A DNA stretch of 53,316 nucleotides from Erysipelotrichaceae bacterium (GCA_022777645.1 JALFFX010000059.1:1-53316), one strand, 5' to 3'; shown: positions 11,258-20,540, counted from the stretch's first letter. The notes: a model not told the origin generated them from the letters alone. Translations and numbers: made by a program.

Positions 11258-11895
11258 TATTTTTTCAAGACATGACGATTTTGGATTATATAAATAATGC
11301 CGCTGACAAGTGACATAATTGTCGCTAGATAAAAGAAGATATTGGATATTTTTAATGGTTCGGGAAGTGCTCCATCAATATATGAAAATGGCCAATTGTT
11401 TAATAAAAGCATTGGAATAGCGACCATTTGAAAAACAGTTTTTATTTTGCCAAATATATTAGCAGCAATAACTTTTCCTTGTTCAACTGCAATCATACGC
11501 AACGCATCGACAACTAAATCACGGGCAATCATGACAATTACACAAATCATAAGAATAGTTAACATTGTTGAATCGTCTCTTTGATTTGGAGCGTACGCTT
11601 GAGGCACTAAAAGAAAAATCATAGTCGCATCATTGAGAAGTTTATCAGCAATAGGATCTAAAAATTTCCCAAAAGATGTAACTTGATTTAATTTACGGGC
11701 CAAATAACCATCGAGAAAATCAGTTAAAGCCGCAACAATAAAAACAATAGTAAAAATTAAATAAACTAAATTAATTTCGCTGCTACCAACATCTATCGCA
11801 ACAAAATCAGGAAAAAATGATAAAACAAGCATTGAAATAATCATGCATACAATTAAGACAATTCGAGAAATTGTAATTTTATTAGGTAAATTCAT
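11257..11895 (-). CDS. pgsA: CDP-diacylglycerol--glycerol-3-phosphate 3-phosphatidyltransferase
   Basis: MNLPNKITISRI and DFLDGYLARK...GKFLDPIADK (CDP-alcohol motif), GKIKT. Confidence 0.95.
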   Translation of the reverse strand: MNLPNKITISRIVLIVCMIISMLVLSFFPDFVAIDVGSSEINLVYLIFTIVFIVAALTDFLDGYLARKLNQVTSFGKFLDPIADKLLNDATMIFLLVPQAYAPNQRDDSTMLTILMICVIVMIARDLVVDALRMIAVEQGKVIAANIFGKIKTVFQMVAIPMLLLNNWPFSYIDGALPEPLKISNIFFYLATIMSLVSGIIYIIQNRHVLKK

Positions 11896-11920
11896 CTTCT
11901 TTTCCTTTCTTTTTTTGAGT

Positions 11921-12254
11921 CCCGACCCGATAAGCCATGTTTTGTCGAGGGCAAAAATTTATCTATGCATTGCTGCATGCTGGCTTCGATTCAATTCTCT
12001 AGCCAACCTCCCCTACCAAATTTGGGTTTCTCGCTTGAGGGGTTTACCAACGTTTCATCCTAATATTTCTACTAGGCTCGTCTCTGTGGCACGTTAAGAA
12101 GCATCACCATGAACATAAGTTTTTAGGCTAGCCTCGCCGTTATGTACTCCTACATACCTGGCGTTATTTTTTCCGCCAGCACAATCACTACCTCCATCGC
12201 AGAAGGTGCGAGCATGGACTTTCCTCTAGTTTCCTAGCAATTGCCTGGGTCGGG
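11921..12254 (-). ncRNA. rnpB: RNase P RNA, bacterial type B
   Basis: Minus strand reads GAGGAAAGTCCATGCTCGC...GTGCCACAGAGACG...GGTAAACCCC...GAGAAACCC...ACAAAACATGGCTTA; P1 is cccgaccc/gggtcggg; sits downstream of gpsB as in Bacilli. Confidence 0.97.
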
Positions 12255-12259
12255 TAAAT

Positions 12260-12622
12260 CTATTTTATTTTTGTTGGATCTACGCCCATCTTGAATAAGT
12301 ATCTTTCGTACTTATCAATTTTTTCATATAACTGGATATTATCGAAATTGGCGCCTTTTTTATTTTTTACTGCATCTATTGTTTTTTTCATTCCACTTAT
12401 TTGAACTTCAAGTTCGCTGTTTTTGTCACGAAGAGTTTTGAATTTGCTTTCAAGTTCAGCGATATAATCTTTAGCTTCTTTGTAGAAATTTTCATAATAT
12501 CGTAAATCACTGATGACTTTATCAAGAGTGGAATCTACATGATATGCGTCATAGCCTTTTACATTTTTCTTGAATTTGAGATTCAACAAATCGTCCGCAC
12601 AGTAATTAAGTTTAACAGCCAT
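12260..12622 (-). CDS. gpsB: DivIVA-domain protein, GpsB-like
   Basis: FKKNVKGYDAYHVDSTLDKVISD plus a coiled coil; directly upstream of rnpB. Confidence 0.8.
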   Translation of the reverse strand: MAVKLNYCADDLLNLKFKKNVKGYDAYHVDSTLDKVISDLRYYENFYKEAKDYIAELESKFKTLRDKNSELEVQISGMKKTIDAVKNKKGANFDNIQLYEKIDKYERYLFKMGVDPTKIK

Positions 12623-12700
12623 ATTTTCTCCAGTGCTTTAATTATATTAAAACTCAATAAATAAAACAATCATCAACAGAACAATTTATACTTCACCTAA

Positions 12701-13990
12701 TTAATTTTTTAATGCAGTTATCGGAATAATATAAACTCCATCAGCATTTTTATATGCCATATTACCAGCACCATAAATAACACATTTCATTATTGGCTCT
12801 TTACCGCCATTATTAACTATATCTTTGCAAACTTTGATTAAATTGTTTGAGCCTTCTTCTGCTTTGTTTAATCCTAATTTTATTTCAATAGCACACCAAT
12901 TGCCGTCTTCAAGTTCTATAACTGCATCAATTTCATTATCTTTATAATCTTGATAGTGAAATAATTTGGCATTCATGGCTTGAGCATATATAGACAAATC
13001 TCTTTCAACCATTGCTTCAAACATGAAACCAAAAGTATTTAAATCATTCATCAGTTTCTTTGGTGTTAATTTAAGCATTGCGCATGCCATTGCAGGATCA
13101 GAAAAATGTCTTTTTTCCATTTGTTTAACACGTAAAGAAGATCTTATGTTCGGTGAAAATGGTTCTTGATTGTTAAACAAAAACATTCTATTAAACGCAT
13201 CTAAATATTTGGATAAAGTATTTTTGCTAATAGATGAATTATCGTTTTCAATTATGTCATTTAAAATGCTTTGATTAGAAACGGTTGTTGATTCGTTTCT
13301 AGCAAGTGATTTCAAAATAAGCTTTGCTTTATGTTCATTAAAATCAATATCTTTATTTATTTGTTTTAAATCTGTTTTAACAACATTCTCCATGTATCCT
13401 AGGGCTAATTCACCACAATCATTTACATTAACATTAATATTTCCAGGCCAGCCACCTCTAACAATTAAGTAGGATAGTTTTTCAAGAGTCGTCTCTTCTA
13501 ATATTTTTGATTCAAATTTATTTTCACATAAGTCTTTTAATGAAAATAATCCACTCGAATCACCGGATTCGTATAACGACATCGTATTCATTCTAATACT
13601 TTTGATTCTTCCTGTACCACTATGCAAAATGCCTTTATTAACTGGCGTTGAGGATCCCGTTAAAATTAGTTGACCCTTGCTACCACTTTTATCAACAAAC
13701 GCTCTTGTTGCATCCCATAATGCAGGAACTTCTTGCCATTCATCAATTAAGCGAGGAGCATCCCCTTTTAAAACGGTATAAGGTTCAAGTTCAGCTAACA
13801 TTCTATTAGAAAAATTCCCACTTGGATCGCCAACTAGAAATTCGCTATTAGCGTGATGTGATGATGTCCACGTTTTTCCACACCATTTAGGTCCTTCAAT
13901 ACAAATAGCGCCAAATATTCTTAAATCCCTTTTCACTTGTTTATCGACTATTCTGGCTTTATAAATAGAATCATTAGTTATTTTCTTCAT
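12701..13990 (-). CDS. AAA_14-type ATPase with DUF4143 and a C-terminal PD-(D/E)XK nuclease-like domain
   Basis: GPKWCGKT (Walker A), LIDEWQ (Walker B), LILTGS, RGGWP, KRHFSDP, GFMFE, EIDAVIE...AIEIK. Confidence 0.9.
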   Translation of the reverse strand: MKKITNDSIYKARIVDKQVKRDLRIFGAICIEGPKWCGKTWTSSHHANSEFLVGDPSGNFSNRMLAELEPYTVLKGDAPRLIDEWQEVPALWDATRAFVDKSGSKGQLILTGSSTPVNKGILHSGTGRIKSIRMNTMSLYESGDSSGLFSLKDLCENKFESKILEETTLEKLSYLIVRGGWPGNINVNVNDCGELALGYMENVVKTDLKQINKDIDFNEHKAKLILKSLARNESTTVSNQSILNDIIENDNSSISKNTLSKYLDAFNRMFLFNNQEPFSPNIRSSLRVKQMEKRHFSDPAMACAMLKLTPKKLMNDLNTFGFMFEAMVERDLSIYAQAMNAKLFHYQDYKDNEIDAVIELEDGNWCAIEIKLGLNKAEEGSNNLIKVCKDIVNNGGKEPIMKCVIYGAGNMAYKNADGVYIIPITALKN

Positions 13991-14021
13991 AGCATCACAA
14001 CTCCTCTACGTTACTATTGTA

Positions 14022-14050
14022 AGTTTATTAAACTGACCCATATTTGTCAA
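14022..14050 (-). promoter_or_regulatory. Sigma-A type promoter of the AAA gene
   Basis: Minus strand TTGACA (14050-14045), 17 nt, TAAACT (14027-14022); GAGGAG SD downstream. Confidence 0.7.
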
Positions 14051-14122
14051 GATAACTGACCCATATTTGTCGAGATAACTGACCCATATTTTAGCTTTAT
14101 ACTGACCAAGATTTTTGATTTC
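14031..14122. repeat. Tandem 23-bp direct repeats, four units decaying away from the gene
   Basis: aactgacccatatttgtcaagat / aactgacccatatttgtcgagat / aactgacccatattttagcttta / tactgaccaagatttttgatttc, starting at 14031, 14054, 14077 and 14100. Confidence 0.92.
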
Positions 14123-14285
14123 GCTTTATAATTTTATTCAAAAATATTTAAAAACAAACCCAATAAAACATTCGTGTTTCCTTAGAATACCACCGCCAAA
14201 CTAATTGAAAGCAAGATGATTCGAGACTAATTTTTAATATTTTTGCTAATCACAAAAAAATCTTTGCTATAATATTGAGCGAAAT

Positions 14286-15011
14286 ATGAAATATTTAGAA
14301 AAACATCTCAACAAACGTAAAGTCTTGTGCTTTCTTGACTTAGAAGGCACTCAATTTAGTCATGAAATGATCGCTCTTGGTGCAGTCAAAGTCGACATTA
14401 AAAAAGATGGCTCAATCAAAAAAATCCATAAAGGATACTATTCTCTTGTTAAAGCTAAAAATAAAATCGGAAAAATCGTTACTGATTTAACAGGCATCAC
14501 TGAAGCGATGGTCAAGCAAAATGGCAAATCACTTCGCGTTGTTATTTCCGAATTTAAAAAATACATGGGCAAAGATTTTAGCAAAACATTGTTTGTGACT
14601 TTCGGCTCTCATGATTTACGCATTTTGGCGCAATCACTTGCTTATAATCTTGATGCTCCAAAAGAAGAAATTCAATTGATGATTAAACACGGCTTTGATT
14701 TTAGCGAATTCATGAGCCAATATGTTCGCGATGATAATGGCAACACATATTCCCTTGCTAATAGTTTAAAATTATTCGGCGTTGATTTTGAAGGCACTCA
14801 ACACGATGCTTATGCAGACGCCCTTAATCTTGCTTATTTATATGATGCCTTTATTAAAAATAAAGACATATTAAAAAATGAATACAAAAAAGTGTTATAT
14901 AATTATCGACACATTCCAGCGCCAATTAAGGAATTATTAACAAATCTTAAAGAAGGCAAATCAATAACTCCTGAAATATTTGATCATCTTGTTGAGGAAG
15001 ATTTGCAATGA
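14286..15011 (+). CDS. DEDDh 3'-5' exonuclease (KapD/ERI-like)
   Basis: FLDLEGT, LTGITE, FGSHD, QHDAYADA; TGCTATAAT extended -10 upstream. Confidence 0.85.
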   Translation: MKYLEKHLNKRKVLCFLDLEGTQFSHEMIALGAVKVDIKKDGSIKKIHKGYYSLVKAKNKIGKIVTDLTGITEAMVKQNGKSLRVVISEFKKYMGKDFSKTLFVTFGSHDLRILAQSLAYNLDAPKEEIQLMIKHGFDFSEFMSQYVRDDNGNTYSLANSLKLFGVDFEGTQHDAYADALNLAYLYDAFIKNKDILKNEYKKVLYNYRHIPAPIKELLTNLKEGKSITPEIFDHLVEEDLQ

Positions 15012-15595
15012 TTTCGTATCCTAATGGCAAAATTTTTCGCCAAGCAAACATTAAAAAAGAAAGAAAACAAAACAATATAAAATATAAAGCCGGAAATCGC
15101 GGCATGGCCCTTGAAGATGATATTAATATCTCCAATAGTTTTTATGATGAAAAAGGACTTTGTCTTATTACAAAAAGACCAACTCCAATCAATGTCGTAA
15201 AAGTTGATTATTCAAAAGGTGCAACGATAACAAATGCATATTATGAAAAGCAATCAACTACTGACTATAACGGTATCTACAAATCTCGCTATATAGACTT
15301 TGAAGCGAAATCGACAAACAATAAATCTTCATTGCCGCTTAGTAATATTCCAAAACAACAAATTGAGCATTTAAAAAAAGTAATAACTCATGGTGGCATT
15401 GCCTTTTTTATCATCTCTTTTAATACAAGAAATGAGATATATTTTCTAGAAGCACAAAAAGTCATTGATTTTATCAAAAACGAAGATAGAAAATCATTGC
15501 CTTATGAATATATAAAAGAAAACGGGCATTTAATCGAACAAGGATATTTGCCACGTCTTGATTATTTAAAAATTATTGATAAATTGTATTTTTAA
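15008..15595 (+). CDS. recU: Holliday junction resolvase
   Basis: NRGMALE, KRPTP, STTDYNG, YIDFEAKST, QIEHL. Confidence 0.96.
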   Translation: MISYPNGKIFRQANIKKERKQNNIKYKAGNRGMALEDDINISNSFYDEKGLCLITKRPTPINVVKVDYSKGATITNAYYEKQSTTDYNGIYKSRYIDFEAKSTNNKSSLPLSNIPKQQIEHLKKVITHGGIAFFIISFNTRNEIYFLEAQKVIDFIKNEDRKSLPYEYIKENGHLIEQGYLPRLDYLKIIDKLYF

Positions 15596-16212
15596 TTTGT
15601 TTTAGAACAATATTGTTTTAATTCGCATTCACTACATTTAGGATTTTTTGCTTTGCAAAAATAACGGCCAAACCATATGAGCTGGTGATTTGTTTTAACT
15701 AATCTTTCTGATGGAATAAATTTTGTAATTTTCTTTTCCATCACATCAAGCGAATCATTCTTTTTAACTAATTTTAATCTTTTGGAAATTCTTTGAACGT
15801 GGGTATCAAGCGCTAATAAAGGATAATTATACATTTCAGCTAAAAAGCAATTTTTTGTTTTATTACCAACACCTGGAAGAGCAGTTAATAAATTAGGATC
15901 TTGAGGAACAACACCATTATATTCATCAATTATTTTTGTGGCGATACCGATAACATTTCTTGCTTTTACTTTATACATTCCAATCGATGAAAGGATATTT
16001 TCTACATCTTTAATATCAGCATTTTTAAGCTGTTCTAAAGTAGGATATTTTGCAAACAAAAGCGCAGTCACTTTATTGACTGCCTTATCAGTTGTTTGAC
16101 TTGAAAGCATAATCGCAATCAAAAGTTCATAGTCTTTTGAATAATTTAGTTCGCAATGAGCGTTACTAAAATTCTTATCTAAATAAGAAAATAAAATATT
16201 TTTATCAATCAT
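15592..16212 (-). CDS. nth: Endonuclease III
   Basis: LSSQTTD, HhH LPGVGNKT, DTHV, C-x6-C-x2-C-x5-C. Likely start is ATG 16212, overlapping the dnaD stop. Confidence 0.95.
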   Translation of the reverse strand: MIDKNILFSYLDKNFSNAHCELNYSKDYELLIAIMLSSQTTDKAVNKVTALLFAKYPTLEQLKNADIKDVENILSSIGMYKVKARNVIGIATKIIDEYNGVVPQDPNLLTALPGVGNKTKNCFLAEMYNYPLLALDTHVQRISKRLKLVKKNDSLDVMEKKITKFIPSERLVKTNHQLIWFGRYFCKAKNPKCSECELKQYCSKTN

Positions 16213-16852
16213 CAATCCATTTGGCTTTAGCAACTTCAAGAAGCGATTCCATATCATCATCCCAAACTTCTTTAACATTGCTCATGCCAGTTTTTTCCAT
16301 ATCTTCTTTCGCTTTATATTGCACTAAAATGCGATCGACACTGCGAATTGTTTTTTTGCCTTTTGACAAAGCTTCATTTAATGCGCGAATAATTGTTTCA
16401 TCATCAAAACCATCATTAACCCATTCACCAATCATTGAAAATTCTAAAGGTGATAAGGTGCGGTTTAATTGTTTTTCAAACACTTCATATATATTTTTTA
16501 GATAAGCTGCTTTCTTTTCGCTAACTAAAGATTCTTGTTCTTTGCTCAAAGCAACTTGGAATGTTTCATAAAGTTTTTTATGAAGTGATTTTAAAGATAC
16601 TTTAACCTTTTTGCCCATGTCATATACAATCAAATCTCTTTCGAGCAAGGAGACAAGAATTTTATCGAGTTCTTTGCTAGAAATATTCATTTTCAAAGAT
16701 AATAAATCAGGCGTAATTAAAGTATTTTTTTGCTCTAATAAATGGTCAATCATTAAAATGACCATGACTTCATTTTCACTGAGTCTTAGTTTTTTATAAT
16801 ATTCTAATAATAAGTAGCGGAAGTCCAACGCTTCCATTTGAACACTGCTCAT
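16205..16852 (-). CDS. dnaD: DnaD domain replication protein
   Basis: LLEYYKKLRLSENE winged-helix N-terminus, FEKQLNRTLSPLE...ALNEA; dnaD-nth synteny. Confidence 0.85.
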   Translation of the reverse strand: MSSVQMEALDFRYLLLEYYKKLRLSENEVMVILMIDHLLEQKNTLITPDLLSLKMNISSKELDKILVSLLERDLIVYDMGKKVKVSLKSLHKKLYETFQVALSKEQESLVSEKKAAYLKNIYEVFEKQLNRTLSPLEFSMIGEWVNDGFDDETIIRALNEALSKGKKTIRSVDRILVQYKAKEDMEKTGMSNVKEVWDDDMESLLEVAKAKWIDD

Positions 16853-16888
16853 AATAATAATGATACTAAAAAATTAATTTTTTAGCAG

Positions 16889-17500
16889 TTAATTTTTCAT
16901 TTTTCGCATTTCCTCATTGATTTTTTGAGGATTTAATTTATTAATTAAATGATAATTTTTTAAGATGGCATCGAGACTATTTTCATCAATCTCAAAGCCA
17001 AGTTTTTCCTTGAAGCGAAACGCTCTTAAGATGCGAAGAGGGTCTTCATTAATGCGCTTAACCGGATCACCGATAAATCTAATGATCTTATTTTTCAAAT
17101 CATCTTGACCATGACAATAATCGATAACATTATAGTCTTTATCTAAATATAAAGCGTTTATTGTAAAATCGCGCCTGACGAAATCTTTTTCTAACGAAGC
17201 AGTGAATTTTATGTGGTCTGGATGACGAGAATCAATGTATGATTCTTCTTCTCTTAATGTTGTGATATCGCATTTAACATTTTTGTATTTAAGTTTGACG
17301 CATCCATATTTTTCGAAACGATAATTCGCGTCAGGTAAAAATGATCTCATTTCACTAGGCAAAGCATCGCTAACGAAATCATAATCAAAAAATTCTTTGC
17401 CTAAAAGGTAATCGCGAACACTACCACCAACAAGAAATAGTTTGTATCCGTTTTTATTAAATAATTCCGCTAATTCATCAAATATTTCTAAATGTTGCAT
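16889..17500 (-). CDS. cca: Short class II tRNA nucleotidyltransferase (CCA-adding type)
   Basis: VGGSVRD...DYD, DITTLR, RRDFTINAL, EDPLRILRAFRF; only 203 aa. Confidence 0.8.
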   Translation of the reverse strand: MQHLEIFDELAELFNKNGYKLFLVGGSVRDYLLGKEFFDYDFVSDALPSEMRSFLPDANYRFEKYGCVKLKYKNVKCDITTLREEESYIDSRHPDHIKFTASLEKDFVRRDFTINALYLDKDYNVIDYCHGQDDLKNKIIRFIGDPVKRINEDPLRILRAFRFKEKLGFEIDENSLDAILKNYHLINKLNPQKINEEMRKMKN

Positions 17501-17521
17501 ATCACTATTTTATAAAGAAAA

Positions 17522-17539
17522 TGCTTCCAAAAGGAAGCA
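17522..17539 (-). terminator. Terminator after hup
   Basis: tgcttcc-aaaa-ggaagca hairpin followed by Ts on the minus strand. Confidence 0.65.
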
Positions 17540-17561
17540 AATATTCTTATTTTAAAAATTA

Positions 17562-17834
17562 TTAATTGACTTTAGCTTTGAAATTCTTTGAAGGTCTAAA
17601 GGCAATTGTGGCTTTGCTTGGAATAGTAATAATTGCGCCATCAGATGGATTTGTGCCTTTTCTTTCTTTGCGAATTTTCTTTTCGAAAATACCAAATCCA
17701 GACAATTTAACGTCTTCGCCTTTGACGATTTCTTTTTCAATCATTGTCAAAAATTCATCGACAATTTCTTCAACATCAAAACGCGAAACATCGAGTTTTT
17801 CACTTATCTTTAAAATTAAATCTGCTTTATTCAT
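17562..17834 (-). CDS. hup: HU DNA-binding protein
   Basis: MNKADLI...VKLSGFGIFE...RKGTNP...FRPSKNFK; GGAGG before ATG 17834. Confidence 0.93.
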   Translation of the reverse strand: MNKADLILKISEKLDVSRFDVEEIVDEFLTMIEKEIVKGEDVKLSGFGIFEKKIRKERKGTNPSDGAIITIPSKATIAFRPSKNFKAKVN

Positions 17835-17859
17835 TATTTTTCCTCCAAGCTTACTAATA

Positions 17860-19167
17860 TTATACACGTTCTCTGAGGACAATTTCAATCGGCGTCCCAT
17901 CTAAATTGAAAGAATCGCGTAATCTATTTTCCAAATATCGCATATATGAAAAATGGGCGTATTTTGGTTTATTGACAAATAAGACAAATGTTGGTGGGCA
18001 GCTATTCGCCTGGTTTGCAAAATATATTTTTAAACGACCATGATTGAATTCAGGTGCTTCATTCATCATTTGGGCATCTTGTAAAACATCATTTAAAAGC
18101 GATGTTGGAATATGAGTGTCATATGCTTTATGAACTTTTTCAATGTATGTGAAAATATTGCTCACTTTTGATTTTGTTAATGCGGAAACAAAGATAATTG
18201 GGGCATAACTTAAAAATTGGAATTCTTTGCGAATTTTCTTCTCGTATTCTTTTTGAGTATTTTGATCTTTTTTTATTGTGTCCCATTTATTGACAACAAT
18301 AATAATTGCCTTTTTTCTATCAACAGCATAGCCGACAACATGTTTATCTTGTTCAATAATACCTTTTTCAGCATCGATAACAAAAAGGACGATTTCACTT
18401 CTATCAATGGCAGAAAGCGCTCTTAAAGCGGCATATTTATCAATGCTTTCATATATTTTTCCGCGTTTTTTAAGACCAGCAGTATCGATAACTACATAAT
18501 TGTTACCATCGCGAGAAAAAGGAGTGTCAACACTGTCGCGTGTTGTTCCTTCAATATTTGAAACAATAACTCTTTCTTGGTTAAGCAAAGCGTTAACTAA
18601 ACTTGATTTGCCAACATTAGGTCGACCGATTAACGAAAAAGTAATTTGATTTTCATATTCTTGTTCAACTTCATCAGGAATATAAGAAACGATTTTATCT
18701 AAAATATCACCAATGCCAATGCCGTGTTCACCACTTGTTGGAATTGGCTCTCCGAGTCCGAGAGCGTAAAATTCGCTTATTGATAAACTCATGTCAAAAT
18801 TATCAATTTTGTTAACTGCTAAAATTGTTTTCTTTTTTGCTTTATGAAGCATATTAGCAATTAAACGATCATCACTTGTTAAACCGCGTTTTCCGTCCCC
18901 GATAAAAACAATGATATCAGCTTCTTCAATCGCGATTTCTGCTTGCATGCGAATTTGTTCTTGAAATGGTCTATTTTTTACTTCGATTCCACCGGTGTCG
19001 ATCAATCGAAAAGACTTTCCAAGCCAGGATGTAGTTTCATATAAACGGTCACGAGTAATACCTGCTTGATCATCAACAATTGATCTTTTGCGACCGATGA
19101 TACGGTTAAAAATCGTTGATTTACCAACGTTTGGACTTCCAATTAAAGCAACGACTGCAAGTGCCAT
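17860..19167 (-). CDS. der: Ribosome biogenesis GTPase Der
   Basis: Two G domains (PNVGKST/DTGG/NKID and PNVGKSS/DTAG/NKWD) plus a KH-like C-terminus. Confidence 0.97.
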   Translation of the reverse strand: MALAVVALIGSPNVGKSTIFNRIIGRKRSIVDDQAGITRDRLYETTSWLGKSFRLIDTGGIEVKNRPFQEQIRMQAEIAIEEADIIVFIGDGKRGLTSDDRLIANMLHKAKKKTILAVNKIDNFDMSLSISEFYALGLGEPIPTSGEHGIGIGDILDKIVSYIPDEVEQEYENQITFSLIGRPNVGKSSLVNALLNQERVIVSNIEGTTRDSVDTPFSRDGNNYVVIDTAGLKKRGKIYESIDKYAALRALSAIDRSEIVLFVIDAEKGIIEQDKHVVGYAVDRKKAIIIVVNKWDTIKKDQNTQKEYEKKIRKEFQFLSYAPIIFVSALTKSKVSNIFTYIEKVHKAYDTHIPTSLLNDVLQDAQMMNEAPEFNHGRLKIYFANQANSCPPTFVLFVNKPKYAHFSYMRYLENRLRDSFNLDGTPIEIVLRERV

Positions 19168-19835
19168 TAAAATTCACCTACTTTATCTTTGATAATTTTT
19201 AACACAGCGGCGTGAACTTGTTCAATGCTCAATAAAGATGTATCGAGCAAGATTGAATCTTCAGCTGGTTTTAATGGAGCAAAGGCACGACTTGAATCGA
19301 TGCGATCGCGTTTTTCGACATCTTCAACAATTTCTTCATATGTGCAAGGAATGCCTTTTTCCATATTTTCTTTAAAGCGGCGATCAGCTCTTTCTTTAAC
19401 TGATGCGACCATAAATATTTTAACATCGGCATTAGGGAGAACGTATGTTCCAATATCTCTACCATCCATTACGACAGATTGAGACTCCGCCATTTTACGT
19501 TGTAATTCTACTAAAGCAAGACGAATATCTTTATAAGATGCGATATAAGAAACGTTTGAAGATACTTTTTGTTCACGAATAACTCGTGTGACATCTTTTC
19601 CAGAACACATAACTTTGCCATCAGGATATAAAACAATATCAACTTCTGGAATGAGTTTGACGCATTCTTTTTCGTTTTTTGGATCAACACCTTTGTCAAT
19701 GACATAAGATGTAAAAGCGCGATACATTGCACCGGTATCGATATAAGTAAAACCAAGCGATTTAGCGACAAGCTTTGAGATAGTGGATTTTCCGGCGGCA
19801 GCTGGTCCATCTATTGCAACAACAACACGTTTCAT
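19167..19835 (-). CDS. cmk: Cytidylate kinase
   Basis: IDGPAAAGKST, DTGAMYR, MDGRDIGT, RDRIDSSR; start at ATG 19835 after GGAGG. Confidence 0.96.
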   Translation of the reverse strand: MKRVVVAIDGPAAAGKSTISKLVAKSLGFTYIDTGAMYRAFTSYVIDKGVDPKNEKECVKLIPEVDIVLYPDGKVMCSGKDVTRVIREQKVSSNVSYIASYKDIRLALVELQRKMAESQSVVMDGRDIGTYVLPNADVKIFMVASVKERADRRFKENMEKGIPCTYEEIVEDVEKRDRIDSSRAFAPLKPAEDSILLDTSLLSIEQVHAAVLKIIKDKVGEF

Positions 19836-19837
19836 AA

Positions 19838-20161
19838 TTATTGACCTCCAAAATATAAGATTCCGCTTATTAAAGCTGTTATTGATAATATTGTTAATAT
19901 TATTGATACAATGATAACATAATTCCTTCTTTTCTTGTGAAGCCAAAGTAAAGGTGATATTTCTTCATGCTCACCTTTATCATATAATTCGTAGGCATCA
20001 AGCAAATCATCATAAGGAATCGAAGTTGAATCTTTATTTTCTGCTAAGACTTTATCGACTCTATCGCTCGTCTTTTTCATAGTTGAATCATCGTTTGATG
20101 GAAAAGATGCAGCAATTTCATCGCGATATTTTTTAAACTTTTCAACCCTTGTCTCAGCCAT
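19838..20161 (-). CDS. Hypothetical protein with a C-terminal TM anchor
   Basis: 107-aa ORF in operon position with cmk; basic patch followed by a hydrophobic C-terminal helix. Confidence 0.7.
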   Translation of the reverse strand: MAETRVEKFKKYRDEIAASFPSNDDSTMKKTSDRVDKVLAENKDSTSIPYDDLLDAYELYDKGEHEEISPLLWLHKKRRNYVIIVSIILTILSITALISGILYFGGQ

Positions 20162-20328
20162 AGTTTATATTTTAATATAGGTCTTAAGTTTTTTTAAGGA
20201 AAAGTCATTCCAATTTATATATATCGTTTTTGAATCACATTAAAACGAAAATATAGGGAAACAAATTGTCTTTTATTTGATATTGCGAGAACTCTTTATT
20301 ATAATAACTTCAGTTGGAGGGAATTTTT

Positions 20329-20499
20329 ATGCCAAAAGTAAAAGTTAACACCGAAGCATGTGCCTCATGTGGTTTATGTGTTTCAAGTTGCCCAGATGTC
20401 TTCGAATTCGATGATGAAGGACACGCAAAAGCAGTTGTCGAAGAAGTTGAAGGCGATCTCGGTTTCGAATGCCCATTTGGTGCAATCGAAGTTGAATAA
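20329..20499 (+). CDS. Single-cluster ferredoxin
   Basis: CASCGLCVSSCP...CPFGAI; GGAGG SD and TATAAT upstream. Confidence 0.9.
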   Translation: MPKVKVNTEACASCGLCVSSCPDVFEFDDEGHAKAVVEEVEGDLGFECPFGAIEVE

Positions 20500-20540
20500 T
20501 TAAACACAAAAACTTCAATAAGCATTATTGCAATTAAGGA

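Noticed and set aside
11843-12097. 84-aa plus-strand ORF
   Set aside because: It is antisense to RNase P RNA and pgsA and has no protein features.
14031-14122. 23-bp repeats as a mini-CRISPR array or plasmid iterons
   Set aside because: The units are contiguous with no unique spacers, and no cas or rep gene is in the window.
12623-14285. AAA gene as a transposon with target-site duplication (aataaaaca occurs on both sides)
   Set aside because: The match is short and AT-rich; there are no terminal inverted repeats and no transposase or integrase.
16866-16885. Perfect 20-bp palindrome ctaaaaaattaattttttag before dnaD
   Set aside because: It is almost all A/T and low in information; it could be a weak terminator or operator but cannot be supported.
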